A stretch of DNA of 64,000 bases, from the NCBI GenBank assembly GCA_028534125.1, contig CM052817.1:1056001-1120000 (forward strand). The letters run 5' to 3'. The notes under the pieces are model-generated. The model saw nothing but the letters and a program-made list of their open reading frames with translations. It made no database searches and was not told the DNA's origin. The first letter of the stretch is position 1. Each line of letters starts with the position of its first letter. The position numbers and the translations under genes were made by a program. The stretch comes from Lama glama (Eukaryota). Positions 22,377 to 34,276 of this stretch are shown in pieces.

Positions 22377-24666
22377 CTGAGGGCACAAGGGGCTCTGTCA
22401 CGAGTAGCACGAGGCCCAGGCTGGCCGTCTCCACTGCCATGCTGCCCACCGCACGTGGTGGGGCCCTTCGCTCGGGGCCCTGCTGTGCAGCCTGGCTGTG
22501 TCCTCGTCTGGACAGTCCACTCGGGAGCCCACCTCAGACACCTCAGGTTGTCAGCAAAATTCACTTCCTTGCAGCCAAATGGCCGAGGCTCCTGTTTCGT
22601 GGTGGTTGTCGACCGGGAGCCCCTAGAGGCCACCCTCGGGTCCCCACCACAGGCCCTCCCCAGCTCACGGCTTGCTCCCCCACGGCCAGACCTCTGACAC
22701 TGCCCCAAAGCCTCCTGATTAGGTCAGGCCCACCCGGACGCCCCTCTTCCGACGAGCTCGAGTCAGCCAACGGGGGACCTCACATCTGCAGACCCCCTTG
22801 TGCCGTACAACATGAGCTCATGGCGGCAGCGGTGTCCCGGCATGTCCACGGGTTCTGCCCACACCTGGAGCGGCCCACCACCCCAACTAAAGGAACGACG
22901 GAGCTCGGCCGGCTGCGCGGGCTCAGCGCCAGCTCCGGCTGCCCTCGCTGTGTGGTCGGGGAACCTCGCTGAGCCTCAGCCTCCCAGTGTGAGGGACGGG
23001 GCTACGCTTCAGCCTCCGAGGTTTGCATGGGGTAAGTTACACGGCCAGTCAGGCTCTCCGCGAGGTGCTGGCCAGCGTGGGGGCTGTGCCTCCTCCGGTG
23101 CCAGGTGCACAGTGGGTGTCTTAACAAGCGGTTCTGATCATGGGAAACACGAGGTTCAGGTGTCCATTCGTGGCTTTAAGCCTCTTTCGCTGTTCATGGT
23201 TCCTGAGGTTGATGAAGAAACAGGAGTCCCCAGGCAGTGCACCGTCTTCCTCCTCCGAGGGCACCGCCCCAGGACGCTCATTGCTCTTCCCCACGCGTGT
23301 GGCAGGAAGGCTGGACACAGAAGTCTGGGCTCTGAGGCCAACCCGCTGGATGTGAAGGGTCTCAGGGCTGTGGGAACCTTCTGCCAGGGTGGGATGTCGG
23401 GGGGCCTGCTACTTCGGGAGGACTGGACAGACCAGCAGAGACAAGGCGAGGAGGGACTGGGTGGAGGGAACAGAGCACATGTGGGGGCGGAACCGAGGGG
23501 CCGGGGCGCCACGGGGAGGTAGGGCTCCCTGGGGGCGCTGGCCCTTGCTGGCCCCTGGCGCCTGCTCATCAGACAGATGACTGGCAGGTCACTTGCTCCG
23601 AGACAGGCAGGCAGGGTGACAGCTCGGCTGGGAGGTGAGTGCCCTGCGGCGGCTCCAGGCCAAGCCTCCCAGTCGGCTCCTCACAGGAAGGTGTCTCGCG
23701 GGCACTTCTGCCTGGGAGGGCTCTCTAAAGCGGCTTCACGTCTCCTCACACAACGCCCAGTGAGCGGAGCCCTGTGGCTGCGCCCTCCGACCAGAGAACC
23801 TGCCTCAGACCAGAGCCGTCTCAGGATCTGGAGGGCCCCCATCTGGGTGGTCACAGTGGGGACGGGGCCCGAGAGGGCTGGATACTGAGACTAGACAGCT
23901 CCTGCCAATCAAGCCGCCAGCTGCTGCCACCTCTCCTGCTCTCCAAGGAACGCAGGAGGCTGAGCCACCTGGCAGGACCGCCAGGCCTGCCTCTCTGCAG
24001 GGCTCGCTGGGGACCCAGCCTCCGTGCTCAACCCAGGCCACCCTCTTGCTGCAGAACACTCCTCTGGGGCTGGAATCCTGCCTCCAGGCTTCGTCTCTGG
24101 GCCTTAGGGGCCCAGGTCCTCCACCTGTGACCTCTGGGGTCACAGTGCTGCTCCCAGGCCTGCCTGGGACCTGGTCAGGACAGCTCGCAGCGCACAGCAT
24201 GCGGGGTGGCCATCACAGCCCTCTCACCTCGCCTCCACGCAGGGACTCCCACTTCGAACCATCTGAACGCTGCAGCTAGAGACGACGCGTGGTCACCCCT
24301 CCAGCCTGCCCCACTGGCTGCAGGTTCCTGGAGGGTGCGCCAGGCTGGGGTTCGGATGCCTGCCCCAAGGTCTCACAGCTGCCAGGCCTGAGGGGTGTGG
24401 CGGAAGGTCCAGGCCGAGGGCGGGGACACGCCCTGGGAGCCTCTGTCCCACCTGCACACAGGGGCCGCATGGCCGGGGCCCGCCTCGCGGGGCATCACAG
24501 TTACCAAGGCGGCCCTGTGCCAGGTGTTACTTCACCAGCGCCGCCCAACAGCAAGCCCCGGGCGGCAGGAGCAGGAAACGTCGCGACAATGATCTGCTGG
24601 GCGTTACCCAGCCCTGTGGCTGCCGAAAACCTGAGAAGCAAACGGGGCGGGGACAGGGGTCTGCAC

Positions 24667-24777
24667 CTTGCACCACGAAGTTCACTGCCTGCCGCTCTGC
24701 CTGTGCCCGGAGCTGCCGGTCCCGTGCTCGGATCCGCGGCAGGGGTCGCCTCCTGCCCACGATGGACGCCACGAAGC
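24667..24777 (-). CDS. POLN: POLN exon (111 nt)
   Basis: aaccc[45 protein letters not shown]; matches the family-A GRRR...AERQAVN..VQG motif. Confidence 0.96.
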
Positions 24778-25649
24778 CTGGGTTATAGGGAGGAAGAGCA
24801 GGCTGAGAGGCAGGACCCTGGTGGACCCTGCCCTTTGTGGGTAGGGCCACTCTCAGCTTGGGCCCAGGGGCCCCCCAGGACCCTTCCCTGCTGCTGGAGG
24901 GAGTCCGGGGTTGCCCTGAGGCCTCCTGGTCTGACTCTAGGGCAGGTGGGTTCCGTGGGGGGAGAGCAAGGCCAGCAGGAGGCGGCCTCCGCTGCCTAAT
25001 GGCATGTCTGTGCACCCCGTCTGACTCGGCGCTGCGCTTAGGTCTGAGTTAGGACGAGGAGGGCAGTTCTCACTCTACAGGGGTTGAAAACCACTCGAGG
25101 GACGTGGGTACAGAAGTAATTCTGGGCTGTGTGGCAACTGGAATGGGGGAGAAAAGCATTAATCCACAGTTGACTCAAGGTGGGGCTGATGACCTGAGTC
25201 AGGGGCCACGTCCGTACACACGAGGGCACACCCAAGTTTTGTGGGGCCTGAAGCTCCCATAATTTGGGGTCTTCATTAGGAAAGTGAACACGGACGTGCT
25301 GTGTTGGTTGAGTACGTTCCTGACCAGAGAGGACTTCGGTTTCACCAGGTGTTGGCGAGAACTAAATGCCCAACTTATGCTTTTACATGTCTGAGGTGTG
25401 GAAGAACTTCTCACGTGTACAGTAATTATAGACATGACAGTGTATGGAGCACCCGCTTTACGGGCAGTCTGTAATTCAGCCCCCGACAGCAGCAGGCGGC
25501 GGGGACCGGGAAGCCCGCGCGCCGCCGGCACGGCTCTGCCTCTCGCGTGGCGGGCGACTTCTGGCTGGACGCGGGCTGCCGCGCGCCTGCTGCCACTCAG
25601 AGCTGGGTCTTGGTGTCTTCTTTTCAAGGCTGTGAGGCAGGCAGGTACT

Positions 25650-26200
25650 TGCGGACCACCTGACCCTCTGGAGGCCCATTTTTAAGTTCTGTTAGGGTGG
25701 GTTTAGAGCAGCCTTTAATCTAGGGCTAGTTTAGACCCACTGTTAACCTGTTATCCTTCTGGGGTCTCCACTGAATGCCCCAGGTGTCCAACAAGGACTC
25801 TCCACTCCAGGTCAGAACTCAGCTTCTCGCCCTGTGTGGACTCTGGGACTGCTCAGCCGGCTGTTCCTTGAAATCATTCTGCTTAGTCCTGTGGAGTTTC
25901 ACTCTGCACGTGTATCTCAATAATAAAACAGGGGAAACCTCTGAAGATTTAGGAGCAAGTTTTCTGCATAACGCCCTCTCTCTGACACTCTGTCTTGCAA
26001 AACCCAGCTGCCCCTGCCTCCCCAGTCCCAGTCCTGGTCTCTGCAACTCAGCGCAACCAGGGGGACCGCTGGGCCCCGACACCGTGCCTGTGCTCTGGAC
26101 GCAGGGTGTCAGCTCTCCGCTCAGAGAACAGGGGCACGCTGCCCAGGATCCAGTGTCTGAAACAGTGGCAGCACATTTTGCCCAGTTTTCCGGTTACCTA
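25650..26200 (-). mobile_element. Old L1M-type fragment (approximate)
   Basis: ttctgttagggtgggtttagagcagcctttaatctagggcta resembles an ancient L1M 5' region; degenerate. Confidence 0.4.
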
Positions 26201-27479
26201 TGGTGGGAGGAGTCCTGAGCCCAGTCACCCCTTTGCAGAAGCCCCTGTTCCACACGTTTCAGACGCTGCTTCCAAGGTTTGCAGGGCTGAAGACCACAGC
26301 TCCTGTTCATGAGGGAGGTGGCCCGTGGCCCACACCTCCGTGACATTGTCCTGGGCGATGGGCGGGGCGGAGGGCTAGCATCCCTCCGCCACACATGGAA
26401 GGAGCAACGGAACAGGAATATTCACACTGAAATCCAAACGAAGTGAGTCACCAACTCGACTTCCCCTTGGCTGGACTCGAGAACTGGCTGTGGCCACTCC
26501 AGTGGCCCTACCATGGGAAGGGGTGCGGTGGAGGCAGGCGGCGCGGGGTGGCTGGCAGCAGTCCCAGTCAGCTGCAGCTGACACACCCTGCTTCTATCCA
26601 TTTTACAAAAGACGTGACGCCGTGAACCAGGCAGCGCCTTTCCCAGGGCTTTGGGAGGGGCCCAGACAAGGAGGGCCCTGAACCTACAGCCTTGCCGACA
26701 CCGTGGTAAACTGCCTGGGCCTCCTGTCTCACCCCTGGCAGGCCACACCTGAGGGCTTGGCCCCATCCTGCACACGGTCTCCTTCACGCCTCGGTGGTCC
26801 CCGCTGTGGACACCGCCTCCTTGGCTCCTCCCGCCTGGGGTTCCTCCGTCACCCCCCAGTTTCTGAGCTAACACCCCGTCACTGTCCCCAGGTGCAGCTC
26901 TAACTTCACCTCCCCTCCCAGTCTCTTTTCCACACGGTTGCTGGAATAATTTGAGAAAAATGAAACCCAGGTTCTTCTTGTGGCTTGTGGCATGCTGGGC
27001 GGGTCTGGCCACGTCCTGTCTCTTCTCTGGCTCCCTGATCCCTGCCCTGCTGGGAACACTCCTGGCTCTTCTCAGCCTGTCAAATAGCTCAGGTGCATCT
27101 CCTCAAGTCACTGTGGCTAACGGCTCTCCAGGGCCCTCCTCTGCTGCCCCTGCTCAGACACCCAGGATCCCAGCCTTCGGACACGGGATGCAACGGCTGA
27201 CTCGAGGATTACGTCTCCCTGCACCGCAGCTCCAGGAGAGCAAGGGGCTCCTGCCCCTGGCTCAGTACAGTGCCTGACACGGGGCAGGCACGCAACAGAC
27301 GCTTAATGACCACTGAGTGTATCTTCACAGTGTCTGCCCAGAGGTGTAACTGCCGCATCAAAGGGCACGCACACTTCGCGCTGGGGCACCTAGAGCCCCG
27401 CGGTGCTTCGAGGAAGCTCAGCACAAGGGAGGGAAGTGGAGCCCCAGCAGGGGAGGCCCTGGCTCTGGCGCCGCTGGTT

Positions 27480-27575
27480 GCTGCATGAACTGGGAAGCTA
27501 CTCAACCTGTCGGGGACTCACTTTCTCACCTGTGAGGTGGGGTGACAACACGGCCCACGCTTCAGAGCTGCGGTG
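27480..27575. mobile_element. MIR fragment
   Basis: gggaagctactcaacctgtcggggactcactttctcacctgtgaggtggggtgacaaca resembles the MIR core. Confidence 0.55.
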
Positions 27576-28704
27576 ACAGTGGCCAGTCACCACTTCACCG
27601 TTTCAAAGTCGACAGGACTTCACTCTCCCCAAGCTGGGGGCTCCTGGGCCCGGGAATGGTCCGGGCTTGTGGGCTGTGCTGGAACTCGCTGGGGGAAGGA
27701 AGTGGTCCTCTGCCGCCCTCGGAGGCTGCAGGACTCAGGGAGGCCCCCGCACAGGCCGGTGGTGGGCCGTGTAGTCAGGCCCAGGGGAGCCTGTGGAGGG
27801 CTGCGCGGACGCTGTGCGCTCCGGGAGGAAAGTCACCAGCGGGTCCTGGAGAGCTGGGCAGGGCCTTCCTCCCTGGGCCGCGGGGCGGCTTCCCCGCGAC
27901 GCGGGCTCTCATCTCCAGCGCGCGCTGAGCCCGCGGCTCCCACCAAGACCCCCGCCGAGCCTCTTGGCCGCCATCTGTTTCCTGAGTTTCTGCTCCTACA
28001 TCCTTCCTTCTTTCCTCTCATCTGCTCCGCTGCCCCTTCCAGATGCCCTGAATGTTCAATACAGCCATTTATGTGCAGAAGGTGTTTTTTCTCTTTAAAA
28101 TACTCTTGGAGACTTCCTTCACCTCTAAGTGAAGTGTCCGCCTGGCCGTGTCTCACAGTTCTTCCCGTGAGATACTCAGGCTGTCATTTCCTTCTAAAAT
28201 GCCGGCCATTTTCCTGGGGCTTCTTCTTTTTAATCCTAAATCATTTAGGAGTGCAATGATTTTCCAAATAGGTGGATGGACAGATGGCCACATGTACAGA
28301 GATGAAACCGTTTTACGCCACTGTGGTCACAGAACATGTTCTATTTGCTGTTCTTTGAAACTCTGTGGCCAAACTGTGGTGGCGCGCTGCGGACTCACCA
28401 CGTGCTTCTCCTAAGAGCACGTGCTCTCTGCCTTTAGGTGTGGGGTTTTCTCTCTGTGTGGACCTGCCCTTCTGTTGTTTCTAACTCAAGCTTGACTTCT
28501 GTGCCTCAAGAAGAGCCTGGCTCTGGGCCCTCCCATGTGGAACCTTCCAGTCGCATGTGTCCAGCAGGGGCTGGGCACTCGCCCAGTCCTCACCCCCCCC
28601 ACCCGCTCACCTGCCCGCAGGCGGAGCAGGGCGGGAGGCCCCCGGCTGCCGCAGGGAGGGCAAAGGTGGGGCGAGGGACCTGCCAGGGGCTTTGGCCGGC
28701 TTCC

Positions 28705-28835
28705 CTGTTTGGTGACACTGGGAAGTGGTTGCTTGGGTGAAGTCCGTGACCTTCTTGTACTTCTGCAAAAACTCTCCGAAAACTGGGCAGCCTCCTGAAC
28801 AGCTGCTCCAAGGCAAGCAGCAAGCCGCTCCTTCC
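28705..28835 (-). pseudogene. POLN: POLN exon, 131 nt: 1-nt deletion in a T-run and GG instead of GT at the donor
   Basis: Reads GKERLAACLGAAVQEAAQFSESF, then the POLN-like LQKYKKVTDFTQATTSQCHQTG continues in another frame. Boundary reads ACAG|GGAAGC. Confidence 0.9.
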
Positions 28836-29042
28836 CTGTACAAGCAGGAACACGCGACGTCAGCGGCCGGCCCAAAACTCACACGAGGTGGGACTGAGGG
28901 CATGAGCCACCAGGCAGTGGCCACCACACGTGGGAGCGGGCCGACCGAAGGGCTCCTGGAGGACGCGGCGGTCAAGGTCCAACTGGTACCGCCGGTCTCT
29001 GCCGACTGGAAGGATGGCGCTGCTTTTGGCTTTACAAATTAA

Positions 29043-29187
29043 CTTATTTATATTTTATTTTTATAATTTTGTTGGGAGGGTAGGTAATTGGGTTTATTTC
29101 CTTATTTATTAGCGGAGGTGCTGGGGGCCGAACCCAGGACCTTGTGCGTGCTAGGCATGCGCTCCACCGCTGAGCTGCACCTTCCCC
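29043..29187 (-). mobile_element. tRNA-derived SINE, Vic-1-like (camelid)
   Basis: Reverse strand GGGGAAGGTGCAGCTCAGCGGTGGAGCGCATGCCTAGCACGCACAAGGTCCTGGGTTCGG (A/B boxes) plus A-rich tail; imperfect TSD ggctttacaaattaa / ggccttacaaattaa. Confidence 0.85.
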
Positions 29188-30399
29188 ACTTGGGCCTTAC
29201 AAATTAAGCGCCACGTGCCAGCCAACCTGGACTGGGCCTATCAGAGAATTATTTGTTCAGCAATACTGAACTGAGGGTCTGGCAGGTGCTGCAGGGAAGC
29301 CCTGACTGACGTGGATGCAGCCCCTGCTCTCAGCCAGAACCGGGGGCGCTGCCCCACACACACCTGGCTCCCAGCCCAGCACCCTCACTCACGGGAGGCT
29401 CTGCGTGGCCTTGGGGAAGTGACCTGACTGACCTGAGCAAGCCCGGTTTCTCCAGCTATGAGCGAGGACCATTCGCCCTCGCCGCTAGGGCGCCCCCATG
29501 GGCCCAGGCAGGACAAGCAGCAAGTAGAGCCTGGCTCCTGCCTGGGATTTAATATGAAGTTGTTCTCTCCTGCTCGCCTCCGAAAAAGAAGAATTTAAAT
29601 GGAGGAGGCAGCCGTGAGGGCAGGCTTGGGAGCCTTGCTGGGCGGCGGGGCCGGGTCAAAGCTGGGGCTCCCAGGGCCTCATCACTGTGGGAACCCAGAG
29701 AGACAAGCAGCTGAGGACCTGAGGTCCCAGGAGAGCGTGACCAGGACCAGGGAGGGCCCGCTGCCCTCTGCAGTGGGTCAACTCTGGGGTCACACTAGAG
29801 GCTGCCGTGGGGCCTTCAGAAGACATGGCCTGGCAGCCGTGGCCTTGGGGTGGTGGAGCTGGAGGGGCTGTGAAGACAGAGCAGATACCTTGGAAGGAAC
29901 AGGACTGGCTGACCTCTCAGACCCCGTCCTCGCTTCAGCCCTGCCCCTCCTGGCCCTGTCCAGCTGGTGCCTTCAGCGGTTCTGGCCAGAAAGAGCGCTC
30001 CTGTCTGGACAGGGTGAAGAGTGTTTGCTTCCACTGCGTGGCCAGGAAGAGGGGGAAAGGCTGGGCTCCCCTGTGCTCCCTGAAGTTCCTCCCAGGACAG
30101 AGCTCTGGGGGCCCGCAGTCCCCTCTCTCTGCCAAGGCCTGTCGACCCCTCCACGTCACTTGGTTGGAAACGAAAACACTCCGATTTCCCTCCTAGGACT
30201 TGATTAAGGCCCTGTGCTGGCTTCATGAACACAGCACACTGGAACGATTCATCTGGAACTCCTCCCATGACTTTCCAATCCCCTTCGCCATGGCCCGCGA
30301 ATGGTCAGCTGCACCGGCCCCCAGAGAGGAGGCAGCGGTGGCCACGTGCTTTGGCGGGTCTGGCCGGGGGGCTTCGTGTCCTGTCCACCAAGTCCTTCT

Positions 30400-31180
30400 C
30401 CACGTCGACTCTGCTGTTAAGCCCAGTCAGTGGAATGTTTATTTTCTGACATTGCAGTTTTCAGCTTTAGAATTTCCACTTGGTTCTTCTTGTTTTCTGA
30501 GATTTCCAGTTTTTCCATTTATGATGAGCATATTATCGTTTACAAACTTGACTATAGTTATAACGGTGGCTTTAAAATTCTTGTCTGCTGAATCCAACAC
30601 TGGGGCCATCTCAGGATCTCCCGTGGCTGTCTTTTCTCTTGAGCATGGATCAGGTCGTCCTGTTTCATCACAGGGCTAGCAACTTGGCTCGTGTCCTGGA
30701 TGTTGTGAGTGACACGTGGTGGGCAGTCTGGATTCTGTTACGTTGTTCTCAGCAGTACTGACAGTTTGAACAGGGGCAGTTAATTCGGCGGAAGTCAAAC
30801 TTCAGACTTTGCCCCCTCTCCGAGAGCAGCGGCTGAAATCTGCGCTCAGCCCTTTCAGCCACAGCCAGGCTGTCGGAGGCCCGCCCTGCTCGCACGCGCG
30901 GAGGGCAGAGCCCGTGCCCGGAAGCTGGTGTTCTTCAGCTCCCTTCTTCCTGAGATTCCCCTTCACTTTGCAGACCCGCTGCTCTCCCCAGCCTGTGTCC
31001 GCTGTCCTTCACGCTGGGGAGACTCCGGGTCGCTGTCAGTTTTAGCCACCCACCGAGCTGACCGAGGTTGTCTTCAGGAAGGAACCTGGACTGTTCCTTC
31101 CTCCCAGTGTCCTCCCACCTCCAAGTCTGTCTGCTCCTGGCCCCTTTTCAGGAACTTCAGGTGGTTGTTAATTATATCTT
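30400..31180 (-). mobile_element. Old L1 5'/ORF1-region fragment (approximate)
   Basis: tctgctgttaagcccagtcagtggaatgtttattttctgacattgcagttttcagctttagaatttccacttggttc is typical antisense L1M. Confidence 0.55.
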
Positions 31181-31763
31181 CCCACACTGCAGAGTTGACA
31201 TCTGGGGGAGGGTGGTCTGACGGAGCTGCATGGCCACCACCAGACGCCATACGTCTCCTTCGCAGTGTCTGTGGCTGAGAAAGAACTCCTTTCCTTTCTT
31301 CCGTAGAGCTGGCGGGACATGTGCTGGGCAGAGGGTGGTCAAGGGCCCTGTACATGAGGAAAGCCTGCTCACAAGAGGAGCAAACGACGTGGCAATTCAG
31401 AAAAGAGCAGGACTGAGCCCGAGACAGGGACGGGAGTCCGGTCAGCCCTCCAGCCCTGGCTCTGCTCCCCACAGCCTTGCCGGCAGCTCTGTCGCCCCCA
31501 GGCCTCTGTGCCCCTGCCTCCCAAGCAAAACGACGTTGGATCTGGGAGGCCTTCTGTTCCGCGCCTCACGTGGACTGGCTGCTTCTTCTGACACAACGTT
31601 TCTCACACGTCCATGCAGTGGACCAGGTCCCTGCTGCCTCAGCTGTAACCACACACATGCCTGTCTCCCCGAGAGCAGCCCTGGGAAAGGCTCTCTATTG
31701 TGCCCCAACCTCATGAACCCTCATGAATGCACAACCTGGCATTTCGCACAGAGGGCTGTGTCC

Positions 31764-31870
31764 TGCACGTGCGCGGGTGTGCATGTGCATGTGTGTCTGC
31801 GCATGCACGTGTGTGGGTGCACGTGCCTGTGTGTGCACACACGTGTGTGCAATGTGTGGGTGCACGTGCA
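31764..31870. repeat. Alternating purine-pyrimidine (TG/CA/CG) low-complexity tract
   Basis: Read directly; includes the perfect 18-bp palindrome tgcacacacgtgtgtgca. Confidence 0.85.
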
Positions 31871-34193
31871 GTACAATTTTGCTGTTAGGAGGACAGTCTT
31901 CACTCCCTTTTCTCCACGTGCTCATGTTTACAGCTCAGGGCCCAGTGAGTGCCTGGCCTCCAGGAGTGCCGGCTGGTCTAACTGGCACAGGCTGGCTCCT
32001 TCGCGTCCTTTAAAGCTCAGCCTGGGTGTTGCTACTCGGGGCAGCCTGCCCGGCCCAGGGAGGGGCCGTCCTCAGGGCTCCGCTGGCACCGGCATCTGTG
32101 CTGGACGTGTGCTGATCACTTGGTGCTGTCCCCTCGGGCTGGCTCCTGCACCTCAGCTGACCAGCGCTGGCCCTTTGGGAGCAGGGCACCTGGTGTCTGG
32201 GATGGAGGCGGGCTCACATGCAGTGATGCCGGCTGATCAAATGTGGATGTGACGCCAACTCAAGAAGCACCAGCAACTTGAGCATCAAGGGTCAGACTGA
32301 CTCAAAGAGCAGCAGAAGCTCAGAGCAGGACCAGGGCAGTCAGGAGGGGCTTCCTGGAGGAGGTGCCTCCAGGTGGGCTTGGTGGGGGCATGCTGGGGGG
32401 AGTCGACTGAAGAGGAGCAGTGAGCCGAGGGCCGCCTTCTGGGTGGAGGCCTCTCGGTGCTGGCACTCTGCTCCTGGCGGGCTCCAAGCACCTGAGAAGG
32501 TGAGGAAGGAAGGAGCCAGGCTCTGGGGACGCACCCTTCCCAGCGTCTTCTCACTTCATTGTGCAGCCTGGCTCCCCTCCTATCTCTCCCGATCGTCCTC
32601 ACAACGACCACATGGCCCTAGCTTCACACCCTCATGCACGTTCACCTAAAGCAGTACACTGCTCCCCGGGAGCCAGGTGGCAGACAGCGTCCCTGCTGAG
32701 TGTCCAAGGGTCCCACAGCCCAGGGCACAAGACACGTTCGCCCGATGTGGCCCTGCTTCACATGCGAGGCAGATGCAGCCCAGCAGGGGTGGGAACTCGG
32801 CTGCCAGGCTGGAGGTGACAGTGGGAACAGCAGAGACCTGGGGTGGGAACCCTGTCCCAGCAGGGCTACAAGCGGCCAAATTACCCTTTTCACCAACATC
32901 GCAGCTAATGACTCACTCCTTATTTACAAAGCAGAGCTCCATTCCTCTCCAGAAAAGCAAAGTGAATGCTCCAGAAGGGCCAGGCCAACAGGAGACGGAC
33001 CTGGGTGCCCTGGGGGGCAGGTGGAGAGGCGGACCTGCACCCGCAGGAAGCCCCGCATGCACAGCTCACCTGCCCTGCTGGAGGCCCTGGAAAGCCAGCC
33101 CGAGCTGGAGCCAGTGCACCCGTCCATCCTCGGCTGAGACCACAGCCCTGGGAGGGCCCAGCTCAGCTGCGCCTGCACTTCCGACCCACAGAGGCTGCAA
33201 GGACAAATGTGGTCCACAGGGATGGAGTGCAGTGGTCAACGGGGGCTGAGGAGGGACCGGTGATGAAGGTCTGAAAGGAGTGAGGCCAAGCGCTGTGGCC
33301 ATGGGGCAGGAGTTCCAGCAGAGGGAACAGAGCCCTTTGGCCAGAGCCAGCCTGGCCAGTCTCAGGCAGGTTCCAGACTTTTCATAACGCAGTCACTTGC
33401 AGTCGCTGGAAGAGGATCTTGGAAGCAGGTCGAATGGCCCCGCAGCCGTGCGGGAGAAGGACGAGAAGGCTCCCCCACAGCGCCTGTGTGTTTGGTCAGA
33501 TGTCCTTGCACTGGAAGCCAGTTCAGTTGTGCTGCCTCTCCCTGAATGAACACAGGGTTCCCACGGCAGGAAGACGCTTCTCTTCTTCGTGTCTGACACC
33601 AGCCCCACTTCTCAAAGCAGAGCTGACTCAGGAGAAGGAGGGCCACACAGGCCTGGCCAGCAGGCCTCCGCACCTCTCCTGCTCTCCCGAGGGACTGAAG
33701 GCCCACTGACTCAGCATGGCTGAGAGGGAGGAAGAATTTCAGAAGCCCAGAGAGCCTGCGGTCAGGAAGTAGAAAGGAGAGGGCGGGAGAGTGGAGGGGA
33801 GCAGAAGGTCTGCTCTGCCGTGGGTCCTGAGGCTGGAAAAGGGGAGGGGGGAGGGGTTAGGATGAGGGTCTCCCTGAGCCTCCCAAAGCACAGAAGTAGC
33901 CCCCAGCAGGCGCTTTGATGTGTGGCTGGGGCCAGAAGGCTGCGACCTTGGCCAGCTCTCACTCTGCAGGTCCTCTCTCACGTGGAAAGGCTGGTGGGAG
34001 CACTGAGCATTGACGGCTGTGAATGGTCTGTACTGTTAGTGTAAATGCCACACAGAGACTCACGAAGTGAGCTACATGGCCAAGAATGATTCCTCTATGT
34101 CACAGCCACATTTAAACACGGGTGCATGACCAGAGCCACCTCCGTCTGGCCTACAGGTGACACCAAGACTTCAGGTCCACGCCCACAGCCTAC

Positions 34194-34276
34194 CTGCTCC
34201 ATAGACCACCGAGTACACCACCTTCTTGGTCTGCTCCCTGTCTGCGTGGGTCACGCGCTCTGGGGAAATGTTCTTC
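34194..34276 (-). CDS. POLN: POLN exon (83 nt), motif B / O-helix
   Basis: catgcAG| (W)[34 protein letters not shown]...K...Y...YG intact. Confidence 0.96.

Noticed and set aside
21749..22972. Longest ORF in the track (407 aa, + strand)
   Set aside because: Non-ATG start, Pro/Gly/Arg-rich with no recognisable domain, antisense across a POLN exon; expected in stop-poor GC-rich DNA.
29114..29187. tRNA gene (also 43335-43411)
   Set aside because: A tRNA-like head followed by an A-rich tail and TSD indicates a SINE.
31230..32252. 340-aa ORF with Cys/His/Val-rich segment
   Set aside because: The Cys/His pattern comes from the TG/CA low-complexity tract, not a zinc finger.
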